Below, in pieces: positions 1 to 14,390 of a DNA stretch of 64,000 nt. The position numbers were made by a program, and so were the translations under genes. Source of the stretch: Piromyces finnis finn (taxonomy: Eukaryota; Fungi; Neocallimastigomycota); contig MCFH01000034.1 of the NCBI GenBank assembly GCA_002104945.1, positions 248,001 to 312,000 of the forward strand, in the 5' to 3' direction. The notes below the pieces were generated by a model that worked only from the letters and a program-made list of their open reading frames with translations, did not search any database and had not been told where the DNA came from. The number at the start of each line of letters is the position of its first letter. Position 1 is the stretch's first letter.

Positions 1-827
1 GTTGGAGACTGGATTGAAGAAATAGAATATATAGATTGCTGAGAAGAAGAATTAGAATTAATTAATGTATCAGCATTTGAAATTGAATTTCCAGGACCAG
101 TTTTATTAATAGTATTGGTTTTCACAGGTAAATAAGTTGAATTATTATTATTGAAATTTGAATTATTATTTATGGAAACACCATATACAATATTTGACTG
201 CATTTCATCATAGCTATTATTATTACTTATAGTCATATCGTTATCATTAGAGTTTTTTTCATTACAGTAATTATAATTATTACTAGAATTATCATTAAAT
301 TGGGATCTATTGTTGTTACTATATATGTTATTATTACTATTATTATCATTAATGGTATTGTTATTATTTTTGTTGTTATTATTATTATTGGTGGAGATGA
401 TGTTATTATTATTGTTATAATTGTTGTTGTTAGAATTCATAAATTGATTGGAAATAGAGTTATTATTATTATTATAAGTAAATGATGAGTTACTGTTGTT
501 AAAAAAATTATTGTTGTTGAAATTATTTGGAGTGGATATATTATTGTCAGTATTCATGTAGCCATTATTATTATTTCCATTATTAAAATTGGAATGAATA
601 TTATTATTGTTATTGAAATTGGAATTATTAACATTATTGCTACCACTTACATAATTAGCATTATAATTGTTTGATGGACCATTGAAATTATTATTTGAAG
701 AATTATTTGAAAAAGAGTTATCTGTATTAAAAGGATTGATTGTATTCATTGTATTATTGTTGTTGGCGGCGTTGATGTTTCCATTCATATAATTATTAGA
801 ATAATTTATTTGATTAGGTGAATTCAA

Positions 828-874
<47 letters not shown>

Positions 875-3800
875 TATAATTAAAATTATTATTATCGTTA
901 TTATTTTTACAATTGTCATTGTAATTCATAGATATACTATTTGAATTACATGGAATAAATGTTGAATTATTATTGCAGTTATCATTGCCGTTATTCATAG
1001 TATTGTTATCAGAAAAATTGTTAGACTTATCATTGGTATTATTATTATCAATATTATCATTAATATTATTATTATCATTAGTATTATTATTAGGTATCAT
1101 GGAATAAGTAGAACATTGATTCATATTGTTGTTATTATTATTATTATTGTTGTTGATGATGTTGTTGTTATTATTATTATTGTTGTTGTTGTTGTTGTTA
1201 TCGTTATCGTTATTTATATTATTATTATTATTGTTGTTGTTGTTGTTGTTGTTATTATTATTATTAAATGAATTGCTGCTATTATTGTTGAAATTTACTG
1301 ATTCATTGACATTGGCATTAATATAATTATTGTCATTATTACAATAATCATTATTTTGGTTATCATTTAAATATTTTTCATTATTATTGAAATTGTTGTT
1401 AATATTATTGTTATTATTATTAGAATAGAATATTTCACTACTATTAATGTTATTGTTGACGTTGTTGTTAATATTCATTTCAGAATTAGTATTACTACCA
1501 TTGTTTTGTCCAAATGATGTAGCCAAATCCATCAATGCCATAACAGCAAAATTATCTGTATTATCTGAATTATTTCTACTACTATTGATACAGTCACCAT
1601 TAGCTTTATTATTTGTATTATTATTACCATTAAATTTATTATTATTTGGATTGTTTGATATATTGTAGTTAAAATTATTGTTTATACTACTGTTACAATT
1701 ATTAAAGTAAGGCATATTTGTTTCATTGTTATTATTATTACCATTATTCATGAAATTGTTCACTATAATTAGGTAATAAATAATTATTAGCAATATTATT
1801 TTATTTAATATATTTCAATTTATTAATAAAATAGCATATATATTTACTCTGACACTGCTGAGAATTATGTATATCACAGTTATTATTGATGTTATTAATA
1901 TTATGATTTTGGTTATAATTATTATTGTTATTTCCTTGGTTTTTATTATCATGATTCATAATATCATATTGGAAGTTGTTGTTATTGTTGTTATTAAAAT
2001 TTCTATATATATGTTGGGAGTTATTTGAATCATTTTTATTTGTATTGTTCATATTGTTATAAGCATTTGAATATTGTAAAGTATTTGGTAATATTGGAAC
2101 ATTTTTTGGTAAAATATTATTTACAGATTCCTTCTTAAATATTGACATGGTATTATCTTTCATTACAGTGTCGTTATTATTAAATGAAGATGAAATAGCG
2201 GTATAACGATTTGAAAATGAAGATTGAATGTCAATACCTTTAGAATCATTCAATTTACTATTTAATTTATTTTTATCTATTTAAAAATTTTATAAATATA
2301 TAAATTAATAAATTTTTATTCTCTTTGAGTAAAATAATTTATATATTTTTTTTTACAATAATAAAATAAATAAGAAAAATAGTATAGTTGTATTACCATC
2401 TTTGTAGTGATTATAAAAATAATAATTAAATAAAAAACACGCGTATATAAATTTATTAATTTTAAAATTAAATTTAATAATTAGATTAATTATTTTACTT
2501 AAAATAGCATAACTTTTATATTTTATTTTTTTTTTTCTTATATACTTTTAATTAATGTATTTGGACTAATTATTTGTTTTGGTAAAATTGGTTGTGGGCC
2601 TCTTTTCTCTAATATTTTTGTTACATAATTTGATTTAAGAGTTGAACCCTTTCCTATAGATCTTGTATACAATAAAGAATTATCTGTTTCAGACTTTATT
2701 AAAGAATTATTTGTTCCATTTTTCATATCTAAATTCATTTGATTATCTTTACATAATTTATTAAATTATTTATAAAAATTAATATTTTTAAATTAAAATT
2801 TAAATGTGTATACACATAAAAAAAAAAGGTTGAAATATTAACAATATTAAGATTAATCATTATAAAATATATACCATATGAATTTGTAATCGATTGTTTT
2901 ATATTTGATTTAATTTGAGAATTACTTATAGATGATGAAGAAGAGGAAGATGTCATATTATTATTTCCATTAGTATTATTACCAATAACATTAGTAGATG
3001 GTAAAATATTTGCATTTGGTCTTGACATAGGTAAATTCATTATTGGTAACATACCAAAACCAAATCCCATATTCATTCCTAAATTCATTCTTAAACTAAG
3101 ATTCATATTCATATTATTATGATTTTTAGATTTCTTTTTACGTTCGGCTTGTCGACGATTTTGAAACCATATTTGTACAGCTCTTGCAGACATACCTGTA
3201 TCAGCTGATAATATTTGTCGTAAAGCAGCATTTGGGAAATGATTTTTTCTAAAGAATGAATCTAATAAAATTTGCTCATCATGAGATGTTCTTCTTCTCT
3301 TTCTCTTTCTTGGATCAATATTAGTATATTCATTATTATCATTATTGCCATTGGCTTTACCTGTAGAACTGTTTGTTGTAGTGTTGTTACTGATATTATT
3401 ATTGGTATTATTGGTATTATTGGTATTATTGGTATTATTGGTATTATTGGTATTTTCTTGTTTTTTTAAATTAGTGTCTACAATATTATCACTAACTTTT
3501 GTTTCATCTATTTTTGGTAGTATATTAAAATTTTTGGTGTCTTTATTTCCTACTATTAAAGATTAAAGTTTATAAAATTATTAAAAGAAATAATAAAATT
3601 TATCATTAATATAAAATTGTATATTTTAATTTTATTTTAATAAAATAAAAGTTTATAATATGAATAACAAGAAAAAGAAATCGTGAAAGCCTATCATATT
3701 ATTTTTTATTATATTATTACATCTAATAATAAAAATATCTTTGAACTAATACATTATGATAACACTATAAATTTAATTTATCTTTATTACAAACTAAAAA

Positions 3801-4271
3801 AGATGAAATAGTTTAATATAATATAGTATTTATGTATTTATATTTCTTCTCTAACTTTAAATATAATAATTGATTCTAATTTTAATTTCATTATTATTAC
3901 TATTATCTTTTATTCTGTATTATTACTTTTGCTGAAATTAATTGTTTTAAATGTTGTTAAATACACATTTTTATAAATATTATAAATGACATTGCATAAT
4001 AGTTCTTTTTATAAAATAACGTGAACTCTTCATTATATTATTTCTTTATTTATACACAATAACGGTATGATAATAAATATTAAAACATACCATTTGGTAC
4101 AGATAATGATGAAGAAGATGATGAAGAATATGGTACTTCGTTTTGATTTTCTGAATAAATATTATTTGACGATGATATATTAATTGATGAAGACGTGGAT
4201 GGTGATGGTGCGGTTACAGCATGCATAGATGATGTAATAGGTGATGATGTTGTTGTAGTTGAAGTTAACAT
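1..4271 (-). CDS. Homeodomain transcription factor, Yox1/Yhp1-like, with very long Asn-rich low-complexity regions; multi-exon, 3' end runs off the window
   Basis: Exon 2 (3552-2875) encodes RKRKRRRTSHDEQILLDSFFRKNHFPNAALRQILSADTGMSARAVQIWFQNRRQAERKK (homeodomain, WFQNRR, ~3310-3130). ATG at 4271; GTATGT donor at 4090; further GT-AG exons at ~2748-2548, ~2257-1847 and ~1764-<1. The last exon appears open to the window edge. Confidence 0.88.
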
Positions 4272-7200
4272 TTTCTATGTTTTTAAAATATACTATTTTT
4301 TTTTTTAATATAATTATTGAATATATCTATAAATATTTACGTATATATTAACTTTGTATTAGAATACTTTTTTTTTAAATATGTATATATATATTTAATT
4401 TATGGAATACAAAAAAAATTTTTTAAAACTTACTAATATATGATATTTCTTTTTCTAATGATTTATTAATGTTTCTTTTTTTTTAATTCATTAAATTAAT
4501 TTATATTTTCAGTTTTATATAACAAAAAGTAGTTTTCTCTTTCTGTACTTTTGTATGTAATGTGCACTTTGATCTTTTTGTTATAATTACAAAACTATAA
4601 TAGTATTTTTAACAAAATAAATTTAATAAATTAAAGTATCTATTAATTAACTAAAAAAAAAATTAAAATAATAATAAAAATAAAATAAAGCATTTAAAAA
4701 AAATAATATATTTTTTTTTTTAAAAAAATTAATTTCTTATTAAAATTTTTAAAACTAGATTTAAATAATTTAATTAATAATTAAATTAATTTTTTAAATA
4801 TTTTCGTGTTTTTATTTTGTTAAAACTATTTTAAATTTTCAATAATGAACTATAATTATTAACATTACTATAATTCATTAATAATGAAATATATACAATG
4901 TTTATTAACAATATTATTTTTTATCTTTATAATTTATCTGTGTGTTGTTTTTTCTTTTTTTTTACCTGTTATATCTGTTACAAAATCGGATGTTAAATAA
5001 AAAAAATCTAGGTACTTTAAATTAATGTATACTAAAAAGTAATGAAAGAATAAAACCTTTGATTTAAAAGAAATATGCAAAAAAAAAAAAATAGTGTTAA
5101 TACTAAAAAAAATAATCAACTTTCTGTAATTGAAAATATAAATAATATATAATAAATTTACCTATTAATAATATAAAATTAATCTATATACAAAAACCAA
5201 AAGTTTTTTTTCAATATCAATTTAACTTCCTTTTTTTTTCTTTATGAATTTATTGATATCTTTCCTTTTGTGAGTATATATTTTGTATGTTTTTTTTTTT
5301 TAATTTTGAAAAAGAAAAAAGAAAAAATATATATTTAGTAACGAAAAAATAATAATAATCGTTTTAAACTATAAAATAAATGTATGTTATATAAATTAAA
5401 ATTTTATTATAAAAAACATTTAAAATAGTATAAAATAAAATCAATAATTTAAATAATATACATATACCATATATATTATCAATTCATTGTAATATATAAT
5501 AATTTATTGACTTTTATATATTTTTAATTAATAATTAATTAAATATGTAATTAAATTATTTGAAAAAATTTAAATACTTTATCAACTTTATTTTGTTTTG
5601 TTTTTAACACTTATAATTAGAGTATTTTAAAGATTAAGAAATATGAAATATTTAGCATCTATAATATGATAATATCAATATCGACGAAATAAGTTGAAAA
5701 AAAAAAGAGAGAAAAAAAAAGTCATCTAATAAAATATTTAATAAAGCTACTATTTTAGTATTTAACATATATTATTATTAATATTACTGAACTGAAATTG
5801 GTTTATATTTAAAAAAAAGAATAATTAAACAAAGAAGGATGATAACAAATTAAAAAAAAAAGTGAATGTTTTATTTAATTAAAGAAAGCCAATCCACGTT
5901 TATAATCATTTTTGAATTAATAAATATTGTATAAAATTAAAAAAATTAACGTATTTATTTCATTTCTTATCTACCTAAAATGAAATAAAGATATTTTTGA
6001 ACCACATTAAATTTAATACTATGAAATTTTGGTATATAAAAAATATATTTAGGAGTACATTGCTGTTAGTTGTTTAGATTAAAAAAACGCCATACATAGT
6101 ACATTTTTGATATTATTTATATTTATTTACCTATTTCTTTCTACACTAATATAAAGTCCAAAGAAAAATCAAATAAAAAAAAATACAAATAAACTTAAAC
6201 ATACTACAAAGTTAAGTAAATGAGTAATTTACACTAATATATGAAAATAAATTACAGTTAATTAAATTTATAACTTTTAAAAGTTTATATAATTATTCTT
6301 TTTTAATTTAAATTAAAAAAATAATAAGATGAATAAGAAATATTTATATATATATTTATTCATCATATATAAAATATGGAATTTACAACCATTCTCTATA
6401 AAAAAATTAATTATCTTAAACTTTATTGTTTAATTTGTTATAGTATCTATATAAATTATATTTCTTTTCTTTTATTGTTTAATTTGTTATAATGTTATAA
6501 TATCTATATAAATTATATTTCTTTTCTTTTAAAGTTTTTTAAATTTATTAAATATTTCAAAATAAATAAATTTTTATATATGTTTTAATTTACCTCTATA
6601 TTTTCTTTAAAATATTCATGTATATATAGAAAATAGATAAATAACTAAATATATTCCTTTATTTAAAAAAGGATTATTTTATTTTTACCATGACTCTTTT
6701 TAAAACTATATATTTTAATTTCAAAATTTTATAAAAAATAAAATATCGAAATAGAAATTTATCTTTTAAAATTATACTTTTTTTAATTTTAATTTTTAAT
6801 TTAAATTGTCTTTTTTATATTAGAAAAATTACTATTCATTAATTAAATCTATTAAATAAATGCCAATAATAGATTTTATTTTTTAATTAATATTAGAAAA
6901 ACTATTTTTTTTAATTGTTATAAAGTATTCAAGAATAAAAAATAGAAATAATACCAGAAAAAAGAAATCGTGTTTTCATATCATGAAAAATATTAATGTC
7001 ACCTTATTATGATATATAAATATTTTTATTACTTTATTACCTATCCCTATTATCATATCAATTTTAAATCATCCTTTTTATACCTATTAAATTTTTATAA
7101 AATAGTTCTTACTGAAAATATGGAATTAGGTAAAATTAATATTGAATCAGTAACCAATAATCATTAAATTCTAATTTATATATAATAGAATATGATTAAT

Positions 7201-9555
7201 TAGAGATATCAAAAAAGTTTAAAAAAATATTTCTTATTAAATCAATTTAATTTCTTAATATTACATTTTATTTTTATATATATTATTAATTTAAAGTTTA
7301 ATTTAGTTTATGTATTTACTATTTCTAAAAATATTAACTCAAAAGTTATTTTTAGTCATTAGTTATTTAATGATACACATAAACAAGTATTATAGTATTA
7401 TAATAGAAATATAAACTCCTTATAACAATATATTATAATATTTTTTCAGCTTTAAATATTACAATATTTCATACTATTATACATTTTTATAATAGTATTA
7501 GTTATTGAAACATCAATAAAACCATTACCATCAAAAAGTTTTTTTTTTTTTTTTATATTTTTTTATGATATTTTTAATTATCTAGTTAAAATGTCGGACT
7601 TTAATTATTAAAAAAAAAATTAATCTTTCCTTTTTAAATTTTTTGTATACTACCTTCATCAACCAATAACATTAAAGAATGCAAAATATATTAATTTTAA
7701 AAGATGATTAACCTATAAAAAATAAAATTGTAAATTAAACATAATTAATAAATTTATTATTAAATAGAATTTTGTTTGTTTTTATTTAATTTTATTATTA
7801 TTTTATTGTATTTTTTTTTTTTTTTTGTTATTTTTTTGTTATTGTTGTTGTTGTTTTTTAAAAAAAATAATAAAATATTAATTAAAAATTAATTAAATGA
7901 AAGTAATTATGAAAGAGTTAAAATGTTCATTAATTTAAAAACATATTATAAAATGTTCAATTTCAAAACTTTTTTATATGGCATCCTAATTTCAAAAGTA
8001 TCCAAAAATAATAATTTATTGATACTTTATAAAATAAATATTCTGTTATAAATTATGTTTTGTACTTTGCGTTGTATACGTCTTTTCTTTTATTTATATT
8101 AATAGTAGCATTACTTTTATCATTTAATAAATTTATTATATCTCATTCATGTTATATCATTTAATACCAATTAAATTTATTCCTAAATATAATAAAAAAA
8201 AAATATGATTTTTATGATTAATATAAACATATTTAATCGTATGCATTAAGGTTATAATACAATTATATAAAATTATTACAGAAATGCTAATTTCATTATT
8301 TAATATTACTAATAATAATAATTATTATTATTATTATTATTATAATATTTGTTATACATTATTATTATTGTTGTTGTTGTTAGTATTATTATTATTATCA
8401 ACTATTTTGATTTTAATCATAATAAGTCATATTAAACTTCATATGTGTTATAAAATAAAATTAATTATTTAGAATCACAGATTGTGACTCTTTAAACTTT
8501 GTATTTTTCTTTTATTTTAAATAATATTTAAACTATAAAATTAACAAAAAAAATTTAATAAAAGTACCAAACTAAATGTTAATGTAAATTGTAATGATAC
8601 ATAATTAATATAATAAAGGAGACATAATCAATAAATAGTTGTTTCAAAAAAAAAAAAAAAAAAGAATTATATTATTTATTAATACTTTATACTTTTACTA
8701 ATGTGCTATATTACTGATATTAAAGATAATATTATATAATCAAAATAATAATATAATATACTACTTCATAAATTTATTATTAGAATCATTAAAATCTCTT
8801 GTGAGGATTCTATAGTAATATTTTAAAAAAAAAATTAATAATTAAAAAAAATAATAAATAAAAAACATATGGATTTAAAAAATAATATAATGAAGTTTTA
8901 AATACTACGAGTAATTTTTAAATACTTTGTATTTATGTTTTATATAAATACTATAGCATACTTTTTTGTTTTAGTATATGCTATATGCTTCTTAATAATT
9001 TATATAATAATTAAATATATAAAATATATTATAATTAGATAATTAGATAATTAGAAAAAGATAATGAGAGTATAATGATATTTATATACATTAACATCAC
9101 TTAAATAATATATATAATTATTATAATATCCATAAATTTTATTTCTCTAATTCATTCATTACTCACATTCTTTAAAACTTAATTTCCTATTTTAAAATAA
9201 ATCATTTAAACTAAAAATAAATTTATTCTATTATTACATAAGGTTTATTAAAAATACAATTACCTAGTAATGCTTTGTAATGAGAGAGATTTTCAACAAT
9301 AAAATTTTATATTTTTAAATATATATGTAATATCTAAATCTTATTATTATTAAACTAATTATATCTTTTTCTTTATGTTTTAAATATTTAATATTTCTAA
9401 AATATCAAAATATCAAATATTTGCTTCTTTTTAATTCTATGAATTTTATTGTATTTATATAGAATTAGAATTGTATAGACATTTTATATAGCAAAGTTAA
9501 CAAAATTAAAATTTTTTACTTATTAATTTTAAAGTTCATTTTTATTACTTCTTTT

Positions 9556-9586
<31 letters not shown>

Positions 9587-10731
9587 GTATAATGAAGATA
9601 TCGCAATATACTAAATTATTTTAAATATATGAAAGAAAATATTATATTTATATGTTTTAAATATAATTGACCATATACACATATTTGAATGTAGTAAAAA
9701 AAAATAATAAAAATAAAAATAAAAATAGTTTAAATAATAATAAAAGTTCATTTCAACATGCTATTCTATTAACTAAAGAAACAAAACTACATATTAAATA
9801 ATAATTCTTTCGTTTTTATTTTGCTTTATTTTTCATACTTTTCTATTTGTTATATAACAACAATACCATATAATTAAATACAAAAACAATATTATATTTT
9901 ACAAGTTTTACAAGAATATTTAACTAAAAAAAATTATAGAATTCTCTTTCATTTACTATTTTTTTTTTCGGGTATTACAAATTATATTTATATTATTTTA
10001 ATATATTTTTATATATTAATTATTATTATATAACTTTTTTTTTTTTTTACATATTCTAAAATTCTTTTTAAAAAAATAAAATAAAATAAAAACATAAAAC
10101 CATAATAAACATACATAAATGTTCAGAAATAAGAATATATAAATTACTAAAGAATATTAAAATTTCAATTTATTTCAATTCCTCCCAAAAAATAATAATA
10201 ATAAAGAACACAAAAAAAAAAGAAACATATTTTATTGAATAACAAAAAGGTTGTTAATATCTATCAAATATGAGTGATACAAAGGTAATTACATCATTAC
10301 TAATGGAGAAAATAATAGCAAAAAGAATAATGAAATTGTCTATAAATACAATTTAAAATTAATATCTTTTATTTTTTAAAACTATTAAAAAAAACAACTA
10401 CTAAATGAACCTTTTTTCATATACCTATATACATATACATTTATGTATATATTAATTTTTTTAATATTAAATATATCATAATAAAAAAATAAATTATAAA
10501 ATACAAAAAAAAAAAAAAAAAAAACTTAATATACCTTGTAAAAATAATAACAATAATAATAATAATAAAATAACACTTTATAATATCTCTATTATAACAA
10601 AATATATAAATATAATAAATTTATAAATGATAAATCTTCCTTTTTATAAAAAAATAAACAATAAATATTTTTTAATGTGTATACGTTAATATATATATAA
10701 CAATAAACTGTAAACAATTATAAAATTGATA

Positions 10732-13137
10732 ATGTCACAAATACAGAACTTTCTCACATCCTTGGCAACTTTAAGAGATTCAACAAAATATGTTTTAGAC
10801 TTTTTAAATAATCAAAATTTTACATATGCAGATATCGATAATGGAAGCAATTCCGATAAAAATGAAGAAATAAATTGCTCACAAGCTTTCGATGTATTAA
10901 AAACATTAAAAAAAGATGTAAAAACCTTTACAAATACAAATTTTGCCAATGCAGACTCAGTCGATTCTGGTAGTGAAGAATTTAAGGATTGCGAAACCGC
11001 AGATTTAGATAATTTACATTCACAGTTATCCATGATTGTAGATAACTTCAGTAGTGATATCGATATAATAACTAATGCAGAAAATAGCAGTGATTCAAAG
11101 AAATATAAATTAGATATTGTTTTATCTCATCAAGAAACTCTTAAAAGTATTGACAAATCAATCATTAACCAAATTGATTCAAATTCGCCCGAGAAAGAAA
11201 ATATTGAAATTAATAATAAAATAAAAAATAAGGATGATGAAATCTTTAAAAACGGTAAGTTATAATTTGTTTTAATAATACATTTTCAATAAACTATTTT
11301 ACCTCGATATTAGTTTCATACGAAATATAAATTAATTTCATAAAAAGTTTATCGAAATAAACTTATAAAAATATATAAAATTAAATTTAGAGGGTTTTTT
11401 TTTTTTTTTTTTTTTTTGGTTAATAAAAATTCAATTCTAATATTTTATTGTCTTTTTTTTTTTTTCCAATATTATTCTTTAAATTGGGATTTTTTTCAAA
11501 AATATATTAATTATTATATTTAACTTTCATAATTTATTTCATTATGAAAATATTAATCATTAGCAGTAAAAGTTGAAAATTCAATAAATACCGAATCACC
11601 TACTTCACACAATAATAATAGATTTAATAATAATAATTCTTTGCGAGTTGTTATAGAAGATAATTATGAAAAAGACAAATCTTCTGTTGCCAAAAACTTT
11701 TTATTTACAAATACAATGCCACAAACACCAGAAATTGAAAAGATAAAAAATTATATTACAGATGTTGACTTGAATAAATTAAATAATATAGAAATTATAA
11801 AATTAATTCTCGATTCTTTAGTACAAACTTGTAATGAACTTTTACAATTAAAATCGGACACATTAAGTGATGTTTTAGGTGCTTATCCAAAAAGTCCATT
11901 ATCATCTGATATTATTCCACAAAATAATAGCATTCCTTCACCAAATGTCAATAATAGTAATCATGAAGAAAAATTAAAGAATGTGGATGGAAATAATGAT
12001 AAAAATGATAATAATGAAACAGCAACTCCTAAAATCAGTATTAATACCAGCATTGAAGCAATCGGTTCAGAAATAAAACCAGATGATATGGAAAGTTTAG
12101 GAAATCCAAATAAACAAAGAAATCCAAAAGAGTTGATAAAAGAATTAGAATGTTTAATAATATTAATACATTCACTATATGAAAATCAACCAAAGAGCGA
12201 AAAAGACGAAATTTCAATTCATAGTGATGATAAAAGTAGATCAGGTTTTGGAAAAGAAAATCAGAATGACTCAATGATTAGTTTAATAACAAGTAATGCC
12301 GAACTAAATTCAGTTATAAATGCTATTGATTCTCTATTAAAAGCGTCCCCAAGATTTAATAATCAATGTGTTCAAATAAATGCAGAAAACAAAAAGAAAT
12401 TTCAACTTATGGGTGTATTATCAGTTGTTGATAGAATGACCCGTACTCGATTAAACGATCAACGTGCTTCATCTAATCAATTGGACTGTGTCAATAGATT
12501 AATTGAATTATTAAATAAAAGTTTGGTAAGACAATATGGGGAACAAAGATTTACTATTAGTCCTGATAAAGAAAAAAAAATGGAATTTGGTAGAATTTCA
12601 TATTTAGTAGAAAAATCAAAAAATTCTCGACTTTCTAATCAAGTAAGAATTGATTTAACACTTTTATAATGCATAATATACTATTCTATATTACTTTCAT
12701 CTATTGTTATGAAGGATTAATAATCAAATATTAACCCATACTTATTTTATTTTTAATATATATTTATATGTTTTATTGTCATTATTAAAAAAATTAATTA
12801 ATAATAGGATTGGTGTAGTCAAAAACTTATTAGAGAAAAAGAAATTGAAGAAATATTTGATCAAACCTCATATAAAAGCCTAGAAAATCAACGCTTTGTT
12901 ATGAGACCATCAAAAGAAAAAGACATGTATATCAATGATTTATTGAAACATGTTGATAAACTAGATTCATATAGACTTTCAAATCAAGATGCTATCATTA
13001 AAAGAGGAAAATCATTAAATGAAAAGGCATATTCTCTAAATAGCTGTATACCAGATACTGATTCTGAAACGTCACCAAAGCGTAAAGAAGGAGCAATGAA
13101 AAAACTAAGACGATTCAGTAAATCAATTATGTCATAA
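10732..13137 (+). CDS. Uncharacterised protein with C-terminal repeated R-L-x-[ND]-Q / x-E-N-Q-R-F motifs; 3 exons
   Basis: Exons 10732-11254 (G|GTAAGT donor), ~11564-12642 (CAA|GTAAGA) and 12808-13137 join the three long ORF-track frames into one reading frame. I recognise no domain. Confidence 0.8.
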
Positions 13138-13426
13138 TAAAACAAATATTTATATCAAAAGTAAACAAAGTATAATAAGGAGAAGAAGGAAAAAAAAAAA
13201 AATTTATAAATATTTAAAAATATATATATATTATTATTATTATTATTATTTTTCGTCTCTACCTCATATTATTATCTTATTAAGAAATTAAAATATAAAT
13301 AACTAATAACAAAAAAAAAAAAAAAAAAAAAAAGAAAGAAAGAAAGAAAGAAATAAGTAGATAAATGGTTATAACTTCAAAGAAATAACACATTTTATTT
13401 AATAATAATTAAAACAAACAAAGCAA

Positions 13427-13469
<43 letters not shown>

Positions 13470-14236
13470 CATTATATAATAATAAATGTTTTACTATTAT
13501 TAGATATATTTATTTCCTTTTTTTCTTATTATTTTTGCTAAAACCTATAAAAAATAATGAAAGTAATAAAAGCATTGTTAAAAAAAAAAAAAAAAGGATT
13601 TTATTTAATTAGAACAATGTTTTTTATGAAAATAATATTTAAAAAACAATATATATATAGTAATACAATATAAATACTAGTTCTGATATTAATAACAAAT
13701 CCAATTTTATATAATTTATCTTAAAATTTGTTATTAATTATCTATTATTATTTATTTATAGTATATATTAACATAAAATTATATCTTAATCTAGCATAAT
13801 TTATTACCCTTTTTTTTTTTTTTTAATACCAAATATATTATTATATAAAAATAAAGTAAGAATAAAATAAATATAAATATCGAATGTATATAAATATATA
13901 TATCAAATTTTTACTATAAAAAAAATAAAAAAATAAAAACAAATAAATACTAAAAAGAAATAATAAAAAAAAAAAAGTATTTTTTTAAAATATAAATGTT
14001 AATGATAAAAAAAAAAAAAAAAAAAAAACAAATAAAATTATTCATTCTTTTCAACAATATTTTAATTTTTACATTTTTTATTATTATTATTATTATAAAT
14101 TAATTATTCTTAAATAATGTTATGTTCTATTATTATGATAATTTAACGATTAAATGAAAATAACTTTATTTCACTTATTATTTGCAATTGCATACTATTT
14201 TATAAATACCAAAAAAAAAAAAAAAAAGTTTCTATA

Positions 14237-14275
14237 TTTTCGTCATCATAAAATTGTATTTTATGATGACGAAAA
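14237..14275. repeat. Perfect 18-bp inverted repeat with 3-nt loop
   Basis: TTTTCGTCATCATAAAAT-tgt-ATTTTATGATGACGAAAA, 116-154 nt downstream of the ZIP stop codon. Confidence 0.95.
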
Positions 14276-14390
14276 GGGTATTAATGATACTTATTCAATT
14301 TTGATTTTATAATTTATTAAAACAAAAATTTATATATTGTTATTAAAATTTTAAATAATTATTTCAAATAGAAAAAAGTTTTTTTTTTTT

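Noticed and set aside
300-1668. Plus-strand poly-Leu/Ile ORFs in the ORF track
   Set aside because: They are antisense shadows of the Asn-rich (AAT/AAC) homeobox exon.
3403-3453. (GGTATTATT)n tandem repeat
   Set aside because: It encodes TNN repeats in homeobox exon 2; coding low complexity, not a separate element or CRISPR.
6422-6530. ~50-bp tandem duplication with an 8-bp indel
   Set aside because: Ordinary local slippage duplication in AT-rich intergenic DNA.
3665-6975. Shared word GAAAAAGAAATCGTG at ~3670 and ~6957
   Set aside because: A mostly A-run match of a length expected by chance in 64 kb of AT-rich DNA.
8284-8472. Microsatellite-derived ORFs (also 16069, 35169, 40072, 41421, 41449, 45688, 47970)
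   Set aside because: Poly-Ile/Tyr/Leu/Phe translations of (ATT)n and T-run tracts with no coding signal.
11345-11364. 8-bp hairpin AAGTTTAT-cgaa-ATAAACTT in an intron
   Set aside because: Short and AT-rich; expected by chance.
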